From Azolla caroliniana (taxonomy: Eukaryota > Plantae > Polypodiophyta), in NCBI GenBank assembly GCA_043228905.1, contig JBHGNT010000022.1, positions 7,688,001 through 7,752,000 on the forward strand: a DNA stretch of 64,000 bases, in the 5' to 3' direction. The position numbers and the translations under genes were made by a program. Numbering within the stretch: position 1 is the stretch's first letter; every line of letters starts with the position of its first letter. This document shows, piece after piece, positions 62,353-64,000 of the stretch. Below the pieces are notes generated by a model. That model had not been told where the DNA came from. It saw only the letters and a list, made by a program, of their open reading frames with translations, and searched no databases.

Positions 62353-63878
62353 TGTCGTGAGGAAAACCGACTACGAGGTGAAACGGGGGCGTGGGCGTGT
62401 GTACCACCGCATGCATGGATGCCTGGACATTGCAAATAAACTTGTACATAATCTAAGACTATGCTAGGTCGGTGTGAGGGGAGAGCTTTAATATAATTAA
62501 TACGTAAACCAATCAAAATGAATCTCTGTCCGAAGCGGTAGAGAATAAATCGTGACCTATAAAAAGAGGAAGGGCGGGCTGGAAAAAGCGATCCGCGTTT
62601 TGGGAAGGGGGAAGTGTGGTCGAACTGGAAACCGAACACCGCCCTCTGCTACACTCTCTTTAGGAGCTCTTTTTCCAGACACCTCTGTTCGTGTAGGAAG
62701 CCCGTGTGCTCCCGACAGAGGCTCCACGTTGTATCTTGGCGTTAGTGTGTGTGTGTGTGTTGTTGACTGAGTTGTGGCTCAGTTACCAGCGAGCCGGTTA
62801 TAATCTTTTTTAATTGATTAACAATCTTTCTCTCTCTGTCTTGCTTCTATTTGTCCTTCTGTCACGCTCCTTGGTCTAGGACCCCCCTGTGGTCCCTCCT
62901 TCGTTTCTTACGCATACGCGTAGTTACGCGACATTAATTTGGTGAACCTAATGTGAAACAGGCGGCAGAGGAGTCTGAAGGATGAGAGGAAGCGAGCTTG
63001 CTAAAGCCATGGCAGTAGCCGTTCATCGGCTGGTGAGCGCTCGTGAGGGCACGGGTGCCCTTGACAGGGCTATCGAAGCAATCGTCGGCACGATAGGCCG
63101 GTTTGGGGGAAAGAATGTGACGAGCTATCTAGAGGCATCCCAAAGGACGAAAGACTGGCCGAATTCCCTCGGGTGGTGACGTCGAGCATCCACGCGGAGG
63201 AGGTCAAGGTGCAGGCCGGTTGCCAGACTTGGGAGGAGTTTGGACGGCTCATCGAGAGGTACGGCTTCGACGACTCGCTCTGCCTGTCGAAGCGGGATAT
63301 CATGAAATGGGTCGAAAGCCCCGGAAAGGGGAGGAACACGTCGGTGCTCCTCCAGGATTTTGAGAAACGGTTTGCGCGGCTCTGAACGTTGGACCGAACC
63401 GTGCTCGACATGAGTCACGTCTTGCTGTTTATCAAGTCTGTGGACGTGCAGGATCAAGAGAAGGTGGGTCTCCTAATAGAGACAAACGATGGGCTCACGG
63501 CCGATTGGGCCGTGGTAAAGAGGGTCTGCGGCGGTTTCGACAAACGACATGAGTGGAGCAGTGAAGGTTCATCGGCATCAGGACCGGCGGTGGGGAGGAA
63601 GTTGGAGGAGCCGATACCGGCGTGAAAGGAAGAGACGCCAACTTGGCTTGAGTCGAGCATCGCCCCGACTAGCGTGGTCAAAGGCCCATCCGGGGGAGTG
63701 GCTCTAGAAGAGTTAACGCAGATGGTGCGTGATCTCGAGATCATACACACCTGGAGGGATAGCGGAGGACAACCACGGGACCGGAAGCCTCAGGCCGACC
63801 AATGATGTATGTGGTGCGACACGGTTGGTGACATCCGGAAAGAGTGTGCGGATTTTGGAGAGGCTCTTAGGAGCGATG
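62353..63878 (+). mobile_element. Gypsy-type element W: 5' LTR 62353-62933, Trp-like PBS, degenerate gag
   Basis: TGTCGTG..CGCGACA termini, TGGTGAACC at 62940, and gag-like ORFs 62982-63625 (RFGGKNVTSYL, TWEEF). Confidence 0.78.
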
Positions 63879-64000
63879 TGTTGAGAAATCGTTGCGGAAT
63901 AGATCACAATGAACAAACTACGCATTGAAATACGAATTACAGAAATGCCAGAAAGACAAGATAAACAGAAGTATACATAGAGATTTATGTGGAAACCCTA
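63879..64000 (-). mobile_element. End of another Copia-type LTR, truncated by the window
   Basis: Starts TGTTG and contains the GATTTA.GTGGAAACCC motif shared with the Copia LTRs at 16791, 33311, 39471 and 44810. Confidence 0.65.

Overview
Eukaryotic, plant-type heterochromatin made almost entirely of nested transposable elements; I find no host gene. A non-seed plant such as a moss is inferred from the plant tRNA-iMet and tRNA-Trp primer sites, a Tcn1-like chromovirus and RTE-X-like LINEs. From left to right the window holds a decayed Helitron Rep/helicase, a Gypsy integrase relic, and at least six Ty1/Copia elements, several with LTR pairs, PBS, PPT and 5-bp TSDs; one (44810-50138) is nearly intact. 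It also holds a young Ty3/Gypsy chromovirus, Gypsy-type elements that lack pol and make 4-bp TSDs (tRNA-Trp PBS in two) plus their solo LTRs, two LINE pieces, and an endonuclease-less Penelope-like element split by the chromovirus and a 100-N gap. Most notable: (1) three unrelated Gypsy LTR families each carry an antisense tRNA-like A-box/B-box module in U3 with the same spacing; (2) the Penelope-like element is non-telomeric and abuts inverted filler copied from its other flank; (3) one Copia has its 3' LTR replaced by an inverted U3 stub yet keeps its TSD; (4) a capsid-swapped Copia; (5) an old triplication and a nest possibly 7 levels deep. Family letters (A-F, W-Z) are my own labels, and all alignments were done by eye.
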